Shown in pieces: positions 1 through 9,490 of a stretch of DNA of 64,000 nucleotides. Every line of letters starts with the position of its first letter. Within the stretch, counting starts at the first letter, position 1. Position numbers and translations under genes: made by a program. The stretch comes from Acutalibacteraceae bacterium (GTDB lineage: Bacteria; Bacillota; Clostridia; Oscillospirales; Acutalibacteraceae), in the NCBI GenBank assembly GCA_045543735.1, contig JAZPXO010000008.1:309-64308 (forward strand), given 5' to 3'. The notes below the pieces were generated by a model. It ran no database searches and had not been told where the DNA came from. It saw only the letters and a list, made by a program, of their open reading frames with translations.

Positions 1-91
1 GGGGAGCTGTTACAATTTCGATTTTTTCATCGGTTGCGGAAAACGACAAGGGTTCTCTTGTCCATTTAAATTTGTTGATATCAAAAGTCAT
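1..91 (-). CDS. 5' part of a probable DUF1349-family protein (runs off the window edge)
   Basis: ATG at 91 preceded by GGAG; translates MTFDINKFKWTREPLSFSATDEKIEIVTAP, resembling DUF1349 N-termini; not in ORF track. Confidence 0.6.
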   Translation of the reverse strand, partial: MTFDINKFKWTREPLSFSATDEKIEIVTAP

Positions 92-183
92 ATATTACAC
101 TCCGTAATTATAGCTGTGTATTTTCGGCTGTGCCGATATAACGATGATGAAGCGTATCCTTCATAAGTTAAAGCGGAAAAACT

Positions 184-2640
184 TTAATTTGCCTTGAACA
201 TCAGGAAAACAGCTTTTTCGCCTTCGGGAAGCGTAATTGTCAAACCCTTGCTCATAAGCTCTTCGCCCGTCATGGTTTTGACGGCATCCGGGTAATCAAT
301 ATCATAAATTGTATATGTCTGAGAGGGGATGAGACCGTTAAGCTTGACGGTGTATTCCGTATCTTTTACATCTGCTCTCTTATATACAAATGCCGTTCCT
401 GTAAGGGCATCGTCGGAAGAAAATTGCATAGCATGCATTTTATTTTTATCGAAGCTTCCGAAATCGAGAGGATAGTATTTGCCTGTCATCAATGCTCTCT
501 GCTCTTCGTAAAGATCAAACTCGGGGGCTGTGTTTGCATAAAAGTCCATGAGTATCAGGGGCATGGTATCCGATCTCAATGAGTATTCGCCTGTCATGTA
601 CTGCGCAGAGCCGGTTATGGGAAGCCAGAAGGAAATACCGTAAGTGTGTGACTGGGTAGCCTCAAAAAGGTCTGAATGATAGGAGCAGTTATAATCGCTT
701 CTCCAGAAAGCTATGCTGCGGTAGGTCATTTCAAGGTCGAGGCGTTTTCCGCCCGAAGCGCAGTTATCAATGATAAGTCCGTCAATGTTTGTGCAAAGAT
801 AATCGAGGAATCTGTAAAGGTTTGTAACATAATGGTTTTCGCAGATGCCTTTTCTGCCGCCGTAATATTCTTCGTCAGCCTTCTGCCAGTATTCAAGGGG
901 AGCAAAGTTGAAGTCCTGACGGTAAACGGTAACGCCGTTTTCTTTGAGAGATGCGAGAAGATATTCGCAATAATAATTGAACGCTTCCTCATTTGCAAGG
1001 TTCCACATGATATTTTCGTCGCCATTTATCAGCCATTCTTCATGCTGTGAACCGACAGTATGGAACTGTGTGCCGGGGTAGACTCTTTCGGGTTCATACC
1101 AGAGAACATGGCCGAGACCCTTTTCTGCGGCATATCCCGATAATTCCGAAATACCGTTATCGTATCTGGAAGTGTCAACGGTCCAGTTGCCTACACCGTC
1201 ATACCAGCCTTCGTTATATTCGTACCAGCCTGCGTCCATCCAGAAAGCATCTGTGCGTTTGAAAACAGAATCGTCAATGCCGTTAAGAATTTCAATAATT
1301 TCATCTGATGTTTTTGTTGACATGGGGCCTGCAACTTCCATCACCGTATAATAATCCTTTGTAACATTTTCAGGATATACGCAGTCCATGACCCAACTTC
1401 TGAAAATATTGAAGCCCTTGATGGGGTTGCTGTTTTCATAAAAACTGAGAGAAACAAGGGGTGAGCGTACTTCTTCACCGGGAAGCAGATATGCTTCAAA
1501 GGATTCCTGCTTGACGGTGATATCTGTTTCTCCTTTTGATTCCGATAAAGTTGCCGCCCACTGACCTGTCCAGCCGATGCCGAGAATCATGCCGTGGTTT
1601 TTGCCGCTGATATTGAAATAGGGGAGATATTTTTCAGTCGGTTTGCCTTCGATGCCCGAAAACTTCTTTTCAACGGAGGTAAGATTTTTTCTGATAAGCG
1701 AGAAGTCACTTGCGGCGGTGTTACTGCCCATTGAATAATAAAGCTGTGCACTGCCTGTTGAAAAAGATGAATCAAGAGCATAAAAATCGCTGATAACGCC
1801 TGATTTGTCAGTGCCTGTGTTTTTGATATAAACGGTCCATTGACAGGTTGCGTTTTCTTCGAAAGAGGTTGCTTCAATCTTTAATTCAAGACCTTTTTCT
1901 TCGTTTGTCAAAATCAAGTGTTCTGTCTGTCCGCCCGTATATTCCGCGCCTGATACGGGAGAACCCGAAAAGCCTCTCTTCCATTCGGAAGGATTGAATT
2001 CTTCTCCGTCAACCTTGAACGTGAACGGATAATCGGCATTTTCGGAAGTAAGATTTTTTTCATACCAATCGAGGCAAAGCTTTTTCTCTGAATCGGTTAT
2101 GTTCATTTCCTCTGCGTTGACGGTATCAAAACGGATATTCTTCTTATACTGAAGCGCTTTGATGTTTTCTTCATTGATGACGCAGAATCCTCCGCAGGAA
2201 ACAACGAAATAAACAACAGCAAGAATGATGTTCAGGACTTTATATTTCTGTTTTGCTCTGAGAATAAAAGTTATGAGCAGGGTAACGGCAGAGAATCCGA
2301 AAGCAACGCTGAATGTTTTTATGATAACATCATCGTTGTCGGTGCATGACTGATTGATTTTTGCGTTTATGCCCCAGATCATACCGTGAAGCAGAGCGTT
2401 TCCTGCGATAAAAGCAATCAGTTTTATAAGCCAACCTGATTTTTTGTATACGGTCTGAACGAAGAGCATAAGGAACCAGCCCAATGCTATACCCGAAAGA
2501 CCTGTATAGAGGTGCACATCGAAACCGCTTTGTGTCCCGTAGAATATGTACCAGAGAGAGTATGCCGCATAAACCAGCAAGCCTAACATAACTGTGGTAA
2601 TAATGCATTCGGGAATGTCTTTGTTTTTGAGTTTTTTCAT
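184..2640 (-). CDS. GH36-family alpha-galactosidase with multi-pass N-terminal membrane anchor
   Basis: Motifs WMDAGW, WYEPE, YRQDFN, CASGGKR, WRSD; 4-5 hydrophobic segments in the first ~160 aa; start MKKLK at 2640 (2649 possible). Confidence 0.85.
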   Translation of the reverse strand: MKKLKNKDIPECIITTVMLGLLVYAAYSLWYIFYGTQSGFDVHLYTGLSGIALGWFLMLFVQTVYKKSGWLIKLIAFIAGNALLHGMIWGINAKINQSCTDNDDVIIKTFSVAFGFSAVTLLITFILRAKQKYKVLNIILAVVYFVVSCGGFCVINEENIKALQYKKNIRFDTVNAEEMNITDSEKKLCLDWYEKNLTSENADYPFTFKVDGEEFNPSEWKRGFSGSPVSGAEYTGGQTEHLILTNEEKGLELKIEATSFEENATCQWTVYIKNTGTDKSGVISDFYALDSSFSTGSAQLYYSMGSNTAASDFSLIRKNLTSVEKKFSGIEGKPTEKYLPYFNISGKNHGMILGIGWTGQWAATLSESKGETDITVKQESFEAYLLPGEEVRSPLVSLSFYENSNPIKGFNIFRSWVMDCVYPENVTKDYYTVMEVAGPMSTKTSDEIIEILNGIDDSVFKRTDAFWMDAGWYEYNEGWYDGVGNWTVDTSRYDNGISELSGYAAEKGLGHVLWYEPERVYPGTQFHTVGSQHEEWLINGDENIMWNLANEEAFNYYCEYLLASLKENGVTVYRQDFNFAPLEYWQKADEEYYGGRKGICENHYVTNLYRFLDYLCTNIDGLIIDNCASGGKRLDLEMTYRSIAFWRSDYNCSYHSDLFEATQSHTYGISFWLPITGSAQYMTGEYSLRSDTMPLILMDFYANTAPEFDLYEEQRALMTGKYYPLDFGSFDKNKMHAMQFSSDDALTGTAFVYKRADVKDTEYTVKLNGLIPSQTYTIYDIDYPDAVKTMTGEELMSKGLTITLPEGEKAVFLMFKAN

Positions 2641-2667
2641 AAATATCACCGCCGGAATTGTTTTTGA

Positions 2668-3306
2668 TTAAAGTATTATTTCATTGTAATTGTGAATATA
2701 TATATCGGCAATTCGCCTGAGCTCATCGGTATTTTCTTCGCTTTCGTCGAAAATTCCGACAAGATTATAACCGTTTTCCTTTGCAGTTTTTGCGGCGTAA
2801 AGTGCATCCTCAAAAACCCATGTGGATTCTTTTTCCGTTCCTATTTTCTGAAGAACAACATCGTAAACCTTAGGCTCTCTTTTTGAAGCGCCTACGGTAT
2901 ATGTTGAATAAATCGCAGAAAAATAGCCGAGCATTCCGTATTTTTCGAGAACGGCTTCGAGCGCAGGTTCACCCGTTGCGGTTGCAATACCCATCCGCAC
3001 GCCTCTTGCTTTGAGCTTTTCAAGAAATTCAATTATGTCATTCTTCGGAACGGCTTCGGCAAGATACCTTTCTTTTATGTAATCGAAAAACATAGACAGA
3101 AGCTCTTCATAGGTTTCTTTGATTTCAAAGCGTTCTTTTGCAAGAATAAGGGATTCTCTAAGATAAAGCCCCCTGAAAGCTTCTTCATCTTCTTTTGAAA
3201 GCCTGAGACCGATTCTGTAAAAAAACTTGTCTCTTATTCCTTTCCATATCGGCATGGAGTCAAACAGCGTGCCGTCAAAATCAAAAATTGCACCCGTTAT
3301 ATTCAT
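2668..3306 (-). CDS. HAD-family phosphatase
   Basis: FDFDGTL motif I, IATA motif II, K..P, VFEDA motif IV. Confidence 0.9.
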   Translation of the reverse strand: MNITGAIFDFDGTLFDSMPIWKGIRDKFFYRIGLRLSKEDEEAFRGLYLRESLILAKERFEIKETYEELLSMFFDYIKERYLAEAVPKNDIIEFLEKLKARGVRMGIATATGEPALEAVLEKYGMLGYFSAIYSTYTVGASKREPKVYDVVLQKIGTEKESTWVFEDALYAAKTAKENGYNLVGIFDESEENTDELRRIADIYIHNYNEIIL

Positions 3307-3446
3307 TTCGTTCTCCTGAAAATATTAATAAAAGTATTTTAACATGTATAATATACAAAATCAATATTGAAATATTTATTGCAGTGATATAGTTCATATC
3401 AGAAACTTACAAGATGTCAATATGTCAAATTAAATAAAAAACCTTA

Positions 3447-3475
3447 TTTACATATATTTTTAAAAGTGTTATAAT
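3447..3475 (+). promoter_or_regulatory. sigma-A promoter of the M20 peptidase gene
   Basis: TTTACA-17 nt-TATAAT with extended TG. Confidence 0.6.
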
Positions 3476-3508
3476 GCTACGGTAAAACAGAGAAAGGATC
3501 TGATTAAA

Positions 3509-4960
3509 ATGAAATATGTTGGTTTTGCATTGCTTGCGATTCTTGCGGTTTTTGTTCTTCTGCTCATTGTTGCGGCAATAAGGGCAGTTGCAATAAAGGC
3601 CAAACCGAATAACAACGCTCCTGCTATCAACCCCACCGAAGAGGAAGCGGCAGACTATGCAAAGAAGCTTTCTGCCATGGTGCAGGTGCCCACGGTTTCT
3701 CTCAGGGGAAACACCGACCTCTCGCAGTTTTATAAGCTTCATGAGGTTATGAAAAATAATTTTCCGCTTGTCTTTTCAAAGCTTGAATGCACAGAAATAG
3801 AAGGCAATCTGATTTTTCGCTGGGCAGGCAAGGATTCAAAAAGAAACGGCATTCTTCTTATGGGCCACCAGGATGTCGTTACTGCCGATGAACCCAACTG
3901 GGAGCGCGATCCTTTTTCGGGTGAGATATCGGGCGGCAATATCCATGGAAGAGGCTCAATGGACTGCAAATCAACCGTTTTTTCAGAGTTTCAGGCAATT
4001 GAAGAATTGCTTGCAGAGGGTTTTGTTCCTCCTTGCGATGTTTATCTTGCAACAGCTGTTGACGAAGAAATTTCAGGTGACGGAGCTCCGAAGCTTGTAA
4101 GCTATCTCAAATCAAAAGGCGTTCATCTTGATGTTGCTATGGATGAGGGCGGTGCGATTCTTAAGGATGCTCTTCCCACAATGGCTGGCTGGTGCGCTGC
4201 AATAGGTGTTCTTGAGAAAGGATATATCGACCTTAAGATTATTGCAAAGGGCAAGGGCGGTCATTCCTCAACACCGAAAAGCAACACTCCGCTTGCAAGG
4301 CTTTCAAAGTTTGTTTCGGATATTGAAAAAGACAAGCCTTTTAAGGCTGAAATTTCGGGTCCCGTATATGCGATGCTCGATCAGGCTGCTCCGCTTCTCG
4401 GATTCCCTCTGAGAATGGTTCTCGGCAATATGTGGCTTTTCAAAGGGCTTCTCACAAAGGTTCTGCCCATGGTCTCACCCATGTGCAATGCGTTTGTCAA
4501 AACAACCTTCTGCTGCACAATGGCAGAGGGCTCACAGACTCCAAATGTTATTCCATCAGAAGCTTATATTGTCTGCAACCTCAGAACATCTCCTCATCAG
4601 AATGTTGAACAGTCACTTGCTGTTCTTAAAAAATATGCCGATAAATATGACCTTGAGTTTGAGATTATTCATGCCCGCAACGCATCGAGCTGCGTAGATT
4701 ATAACGGCGAGGAATTCGGATATCTCAGAAAATGTCTTAACGAATGCTATCCCGAGGCAGGCGTAATTCCTTATCTCATGACAGGCGGAACAGACTGCCG
4801 CCATTATGAAGATATAGCCGATAACTGTCTTCGTTTCTGCCCGATAAAAATGAGCAATGAGCAGCTTGCTGCAATGCATGCGGCAAATGAAAGCATCGGC
4901 GTTACCGAGACGGCATATTGCGTTAAGTTTTATAAGCATTACATAAAAAATCATAAATAA
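3509..4960 (+). CDS. M20-family metallopeptidase/amidohydrolase (carboxypeptidase S / PM20D1-like) with N-terminal anchor
   Basis: GHQDVV, GRGSMDCK, DEE, DEGG, GGHSS, GGTD, MHAANE motifs; N-terminal TM helix. Confidence 0.88.
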   Translation: MKYVGFALLAILAVFVLLLIVAAIRAVAIKAKPNNNAPAINPTEEEAADYAKKLSAMVQVPTVSLRGNTDLSQFYKLHEVMKNNFPLVFSKLECTEIEGNLIFRWAGKDSKRNGILLMGHQDVVTADEPNWERDPFSGEISGGNIHGRGSMDCKSTVFSEFQAIEELLAEGFVPPCDVYLATAVDEEISGDGAPKLVSYLKSKGVHLDVAMDEGGAILKDALPTMAGWCAAIGVLEKGYIDLKIIAKGKGGHSSTPKSNTPLARLSKFVSDIEKDKPFKAEISGPVYAMLDQAAPLLGFPLRMVLGNMWLFKGLLTKVLPMVSPMCNAFVKTTFCCTMAEGSQTPNVIPSEAYIVCNLRTSPHQNVEQSLAVLKKYADKYDLEFEIIHARNASSCVDYNGEEFGYLRKCLNECYPEAGVIPYLMTGGTDCRHYEDIADNCLRFCPIKMSNEQLAAMHAANESIGVTETAYCVKFYKHYIKNHK

Positions 4961-4966
4961 AACATA

Positions 4967-5010
4967 AAAAACAGACTCATCGGAGAATATCCTTTGAGTC
5001 TGTTTTGTTT
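4967..5010 (+). terminator. Rho-independent terminator
   Basis: AAACAGACTCA...TGAGTCTGTTT stem followed by T-rich tail. Confidence 0.75.
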
Positions 5011-5125
5011 ATGACTGATTATATAAAGATTTATATTCCTACATGGAGATTTTATTGAAATATACGCCTTTGTGTGTTAAAATTTTAACAATACCGCTAC
5101 GGCAAATAAAATGTAAGGTGATTTT

Positions 5126-6559
5126 ATGAAAAGAATTACTGTTTCCGTTGAAAACGCATCAAAAACAAACGGTGGAATTTTTGAAGGCTGGGGAACAAGT
5201 CTTTGCTGGTGGGCGAACAGAATAGGCCACAGCGATAAGCTTGTCAGCGACAGTGCAAGGCTCTTTTTTTCTGAAGAAGGTCTCGGGCTCAATATCATGA
5301 GATATAATATCGGCGGCGGAGATGACCCTTCGCACAATCACATAATAAGAACCGATTCGGAAATGCAAGGTTGGTGGAAATATGACGCTGACAGCAAAAA
5401 ATTCGTATTTTCTGCCGAAAACGATAAGGCACAGCTGAACGTTCTTCGTGCGGCATACGGGGCGGCGGGCAAAAATGCATATGTTGAAGCCTTTTCAAAT
5501 TCACCGCCTTATTATATGACGGTCAGCGGATGCAGTTCGGGAAGCAAAAACGGAATTTCGGATAATCTGAAAAAATCCTGTATCAGACCCTTTGCGGATT
5601 ATCTTGCCGAGGTATGCGACTATATTCAGAAGAATTACAATATAAAAGTAAAAAGCCTTGCTGCGATGAATGAGCCTTTTACCGATTTCTGGAAAGCTTA
5701 TTCACCGAAGCAGGAAGGCTGCTATGTTTTGCCAGGAAAAATGCAGAGCGATATTATAGTTGCTGTTTCCGAATCACTTGAAAAGAGAAATATCTGTGAT
5801 ATAACCGTGACGGCGAGCGATGAAACAAGAACCGATCTTCAGTATGCCGCAATGAAGCTTTTGAGTGAAAAAGCTCTTGCCGCTGTCGGCAGAATAAGCA
5901 CGCATACATACGGTCCTGCAACGCCTGAAATCGGACAGCTTGCCAGAGAAAACGGCAAAAACATATGGATGAGTGAAACCGATTGGAGCGGTATCAGCGG
6001 AGAAAACAGCGGCGAGATGGGTGCTGCTTTGTGGCTTGGCGAAAAGATTATTGAGGATATCAATGTGATTTCGCCGTCAGCGTGGGTCATCTGGCAGATA
6101 GTTGCTTCTTATATTTCTGAATTCCCTGATTCTAAAGGCAGGTGTGACATGAAGGGAATTCCTGATCTCAACAGCGGCTATTGGGGAACTGCGTTTGCCG
6201 ATATTGATAAAGAAGAAATTTATCTAACCCAGAAATATTATGCATTCGGTCAGTTCAGCAGATTTATAAAAGCAGGTATGACAGTTATCCATACCGATGA
6301 TCCGCATTCTGTTGCGGCAATAAATAAAGATACGAACGAAACCGTTATTGTTGCGCTTAACACTATGTCTGAAGATTCGGAAACTGTTTTTGACCTTTGC
6401 GGAATTTCAGCAGAGGGAAAAACTGCTTATGCCGTACGAACAAGCGGATCGCTTGCCGATGGCGAGCATTGGTCTGCGGCAGGGGAGATACCCGTAAAAG
6501 AAAATGCTCTGACGGTAAAGCTTAAAGCAAACAGCATAACAACATTTGTTATCAGATAA
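5126..6559 (+). CDS. GH30 glycoside hydrolase (endo-beta-1,6-galactanase-like), no signal peptide
   Basis: GWGTSLCWWA, RYNIGGG, FSNSPP, NEP (acid/base), WMSE (nucleophile), C-terminal beta domain. Confidence 0.85.
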   Translation: MKRITVSVENASKTNGGIFEGWGTSLCWWANRIGHSDKLVSDSARLFFSEEGLGLNIMRYNIGGGDDPSHNHIIRTDSEMQGWWKYDADSKKFVFSAENDKAQLNVLRAAYGAAGKNAYVEAFSNSPPYYMTVSGCSSGSKNGISDNLKKSCIRPFADYLAEVCDYIQKNYNIKVKSLAAMNEPFTDFWKAYSPKQEGCYVLPGKMQSDIIVAVSESLEKRNICDITVTASDETRTDLQYAAMKLLSEKALAAVGRISTHTYGPATPEIGQLARENGKNIWMSETDWSGISGENSGEMGAALWLGEKIIEDINVISPSAWVIWQIVASYISEFPDSKGRCDMKGIPDLNSGYWGTAFADIDKEEIYLTQKYYAFGQFSRFIKAGMTVIHTDDPHSVAAINKDTNETVIVALNTMSEDSETVFDLCGISAEGKTAYAVRTSGSLADGEHWSAAGEIPVKENALTVKLKANSITTFVIR

Positions 6560-6560
6560 T

Positions 6561-6604
6561 AAAAAGAGCCGGAACAGCAGTTTTGCCGTTCCGGTTTTTG
6601 TTTT
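6561..6604. terminator. Bidirectional terminator between convergent genes
   Basis: CCGGAAC...GTTCCGG stem flanked by A- and T-tracts. Confidence 0.75.
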
Positions 6605-7025
6605 ATTCAACAGTTTTGTACATTTTAATGTGCGGACATCCTTCGTCGTATTCGGTTTCACCGTATCCGATAAATCCAAGCTTTTCATAAAAACACCTGC
6701 TGGCGCACTGAGCATGGAGAGTCAGCCTTTTTCCGCCTTCATTTTTTACATAACGCAGTGCTTCTCTGACAAGCTCCGCACCGCAGCCGTTGCCTCTGTA
6801 TTCTTTTAAAACAGCGAGTCTGCCGAGAATAAATGAGTTAAGTTCGTTATCCCAAAAAACTCTGCATACGCCAATCGGAAAATCGTCTTCTGAAAAAGCA
6901 ACAAAATGCACAGCATATCCGTCGGTTTCATCAAATTCATTCTGAAATTCCTGTTCTTCAACGAAAACCTTTGTGCGTATGCTGCGTGCGGAATCGTTCA
7001 GCTTTTCATAAATTTTTATCTTCAT
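6603..7025 (-). CDS. GNAT N-acetyltransferase (ElaA/YjcF-like)
   Basis: IRTKVFVEEQ, GRLAVLKEYRGNGCG, LHAQ, FYEKLGF, PHIKM. Confidence 0.9.
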   Translation of the reverse strand: MKIKIYEKLNDSARSIRTKVFVEEQEFQNEFDETDGYAVHFVAFSEDDFPIGVCRVFWDNELNSFILGRLAVLKEYRGNGCGAELVREALRYVKNEGGKRLTLHAQCASRCFYEKLGFIGYGETEYDEGCPHIKMYKTVE

Positions 7026-7108
7026 GTTAACCTCTTCAATTTATTTGGTATTATCATTTTATCATCCGATACGATGAAATACAAGCAATAATGATGTTTT
7101 TTCTGATA

Positions 7109-7137
7109 TTGAAATTTTTGTAAATACATGTTAAAAT
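7109..7137 (+). promoter_or_regulatory. sigma-A promoter of the RyR-domain gene
   Basis: TTGAAA-17 nt-TAAAAT with extended TG. Confidence 0.55.
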
Positions 7138-7168
7138 ATGTTGATTTTATTATTGAGAAAGGAAGTCG

Positions 7169-9367
7169 GTGCAAATGATAGATTTTTTTGTCCGCAACTA
7201 TAATACTTTTATCAATTATGTTTCCGAACCGAAAAATCTTTTAATTGATGACCGTCTCAACTGGTCATTGGGATTTCTTATTATTTTTGCGGCGATTGGA
7301 ATAGCTTATGATATAGCGATGAAACATTATAAAAAATCTCATGTTCTTCATCGCATCCATTTCATGTTTGCAGGGGCGGGGGTTGCAATGCTGTGCCTTT
7401 TCTGGCAAGCGTACCGCAATGCCGCTAATCTGACAATCCGTCTTATTGATTCCGTTGTTTCAACATTCAAGTCTTTCGGCTTTGAATATACATCAACAGA
7501 AATCGCAGAGATGATTTTCGGTAAGAATGTGCCGATCAGAACCGCTGACAGGCTTTACATATCCTTTGTTTCGATTTTTGCTATTGTTGTTACGGTTTTT
7601 GCTGCGTTGAGTATATTCAAAGATACTGCAGCGCAGTTAAGGTATTATTTCCGATTTTTATTTAAATCACATATTTTTTCAGAGCTTAACGAAAAATCTA
7701 TATGTGTCGCAAAGGATATACGCAATAAAAACAAGCGGGCAACGATTGTTTTTACAGGGGTAGACCGTATAGGATCGGATGAGGCTTTGCAGGGACTTAC
7801 ATGCGATGCCGAAACAATCAATGCGATAATGACCCGCAAATCTGTTCTTGATTTTCACGGAATGTTTAATTTGTTTCCGACTTTTTATCTTATTGACCTT
7901 GAGGAAACGAACAACATTAAAAACAGCATTGAGCTTTTCGGAAAATATCATAAGAAAAAATGCAGGCTCAATGTTTTTTCAACCCTTGAAAGTGCAGAAA
8001 CCTTCATTGATGCCGTTGAGAAAAAGCCCGAGGACAAAGCAGAGCTCAACCTTGTTAACAGAGCTCAGATTATCGCGTATGACCTCATGATGCGTTATCC
8101 CATGTACAGGGCTGCTGACAGATGCGGCAGTAAAACAATGTCCGTTCTGATTGTCGGTGCAGGCACCATCGGTATGGAGTGTGCTAAGGCTGCTATGTGG
8201 TGCGGCAAAATGAACTCATATAATTCCAGAATCAGAATTTTTGACTCGGTTGACAGAAAATCGGAGTTCGATGCGAGGTATATCAATTTTAAAAGCGAGC
8301 TCGATGCCGCAGGGGTGGATAACGATTTTTTTGAATTCCACACAGTTGATATAAACAGCTCTGAATTTTATAATAAACTCATTCATTGCCTTGATGCCAA
8401 CTATATTATTGTAGCAACAGGCAGCGACGAAATGAATATTATAACGGCAACAAAGATCAGGCGTTTCTTTATCCGAAATAAGATTAAAGACGGTATAAAA
8501 TATGATGCCGATAAAGAGCCGATGATTATTCCGATTATCAGTAATTCCGACTATTACGGTATTTTTGATAAGATTGCTTTCAAGAGCGATACATTCTGTC
8601 CTTACGGAAGCCATTACAATATCTATAATTATGATACTGTTGATAAATGGCCTGTTGACAGCCTTGCAAAAATGGTTCATGAACAGTATATAGAGATTGC
8701 AAAAGAAAGGAAAAAGACGGACCCTGACCAGTTTATTCCCGATGCATATGATAAAATCAATCAGACCGATAAGCGTTCAAACAGAGCAAATGCAGTTCAT
8801 ATAATTTATAAATTAAGGGATGCGGGAATTGAGCTGTGCAGAAGCTCTGATGAAAAAACAGCGAAATTCTTAAAAAGACAGGGCTTTGTTAAACTCAGAG
8901 ATAAAAATGATTTCCGATTGCTTCTGGATCTTAAGAATGGTGGCGGCAAAACAAGATTTGATTCTCTTGTAGAACTGGAGCATAACAGATGGAGCGTTTT
9001 CAACATTCTTGACGGTTGGTCAACCTGGAGCATTGAACAAATAAAGCATACCTATGATAAGGAAAAAAGAGGTCCTTGGAAACATAAGCTTAATGAAGCT
9101 CTTCTCCACGGCAGTCTTGTCAGAACGGCAGATCTTGAAAAGATTGGCAGGGAACTCAAAAATGACAAATCAGATTTTTTTATTGTCTATGACCAGGATC
9201 TGACTAAAATTGCCAAAAATGATTTCGTTGATTTCGTTGATAATGTATTGAAAGAGAAACACGGAGACAGCGGCGAATCGATTAATATTTATGTTCCTTA
9301 TGCTGATTTCTGCACTGTTCTTCCACAGATACTGAAAAATCAAAAAAATGATGCTGATGAACAATAA
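7169..9367 (+). CDS. Membrane protein with TrkA-N/RCK-like Rossmann domains and C-terminal RyR repeats (putative ligand-gated channel)
   Basis: Three N-terminal TM helices; HIFSELNEKS; VLIVGAGTIG and IVATGSDEMN; RyR signatures LAKMVHEQY..SNRANAVHIIYKL and LVELEHNRW..DGW..HGSLV. Confidence 0.72.
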   Translation: MQMIDFFVRNYNTFINYVSEPKNLLIDDRLNWSLGFLIIFAAIGIAYDIAMKHYKKSHVLHRIHFMFAGAGVAMLCLFWQAYRNAANLTIRLIDSVVSTFKSFGFEYTSTEIAEMIFGKNVPIRTADRLYISFVSIFAIVVTVFAALSIFKDTAAQLRYYFRFLFKSHIFSELNEKSICVAKDIRNKNKRATIVFTGVDRIGSDEALQGLTCDAETINAIMTRKSVLDFHGMFNLFPTFYLIDLEETNNIKNSIELFGKYHKKKCRLNVFSTLESAETFIDAVEKKPEDKAELNLVNRAQIIAYDLMMRYPMYRAADRCGSKTMSVLIVGAGTIGMECAKAAMWCGKMNSYNSRIRIFDSVDRKSEFDARYINFKSELDAAGVDNDFFEFHTVDINSSEFYNKLIHCLDANYIIVATGSDEMNIITATKIRRFFIRNKIKDGIKYDADKEPMIIPIISNSDYYGIFDKIAFKSDTFCPYGSHYNIYNYDTVDKWPVDSLAKMVHEQYIEIAKERKKTDPDQFIPDAYDKINQTDKRSNRANAVHIIYKLRDAGIELCRSSDEKTAKFLKRQGFVKLRDKNDFRLLLDLKNGGGKTRFDSLVELEHNRWSVFNILDGWSTWSIEQIKHTYDKEKRGPWKHKLNEALLHGSLVRTADLEKIGRELKNDKSDFFIVYDQDLTKIAKNDFVDFVDNVLKEKHGDSGESINIYVPYADFCTVLPQILKNQKNDADEQ

Positions 9368-9398
9368 TTAAGTCCGATAATAATATTTTTTATAGGGC

Positions 9399-9427
9399 TT
9401 GCATGTTTTTAAAAAATAATGTATAAT
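9399..9427 (+). promoter_or_regulatory. sigma-A promoter of the TAXI-TRAP operon
   Basis: TTGCAT-17 nt-TATAAT. Confidence 0.6.
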
Positions 9428-9490
9428 GATGTTAATTCAGTTCCGAAAAAATGTATTTTTTTGCATCAGGAACAAATCAGGAGGTTAATT

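Noticed and set aside
95-183. Short hairpins (TCGGC-TGT-GCCGA; ATGAAG-N6-CTTCAT) between GH36 and the edge gene
   Set aside because: Stems are only 5-6 bp and match no riboswitch or ncRNA I recognise
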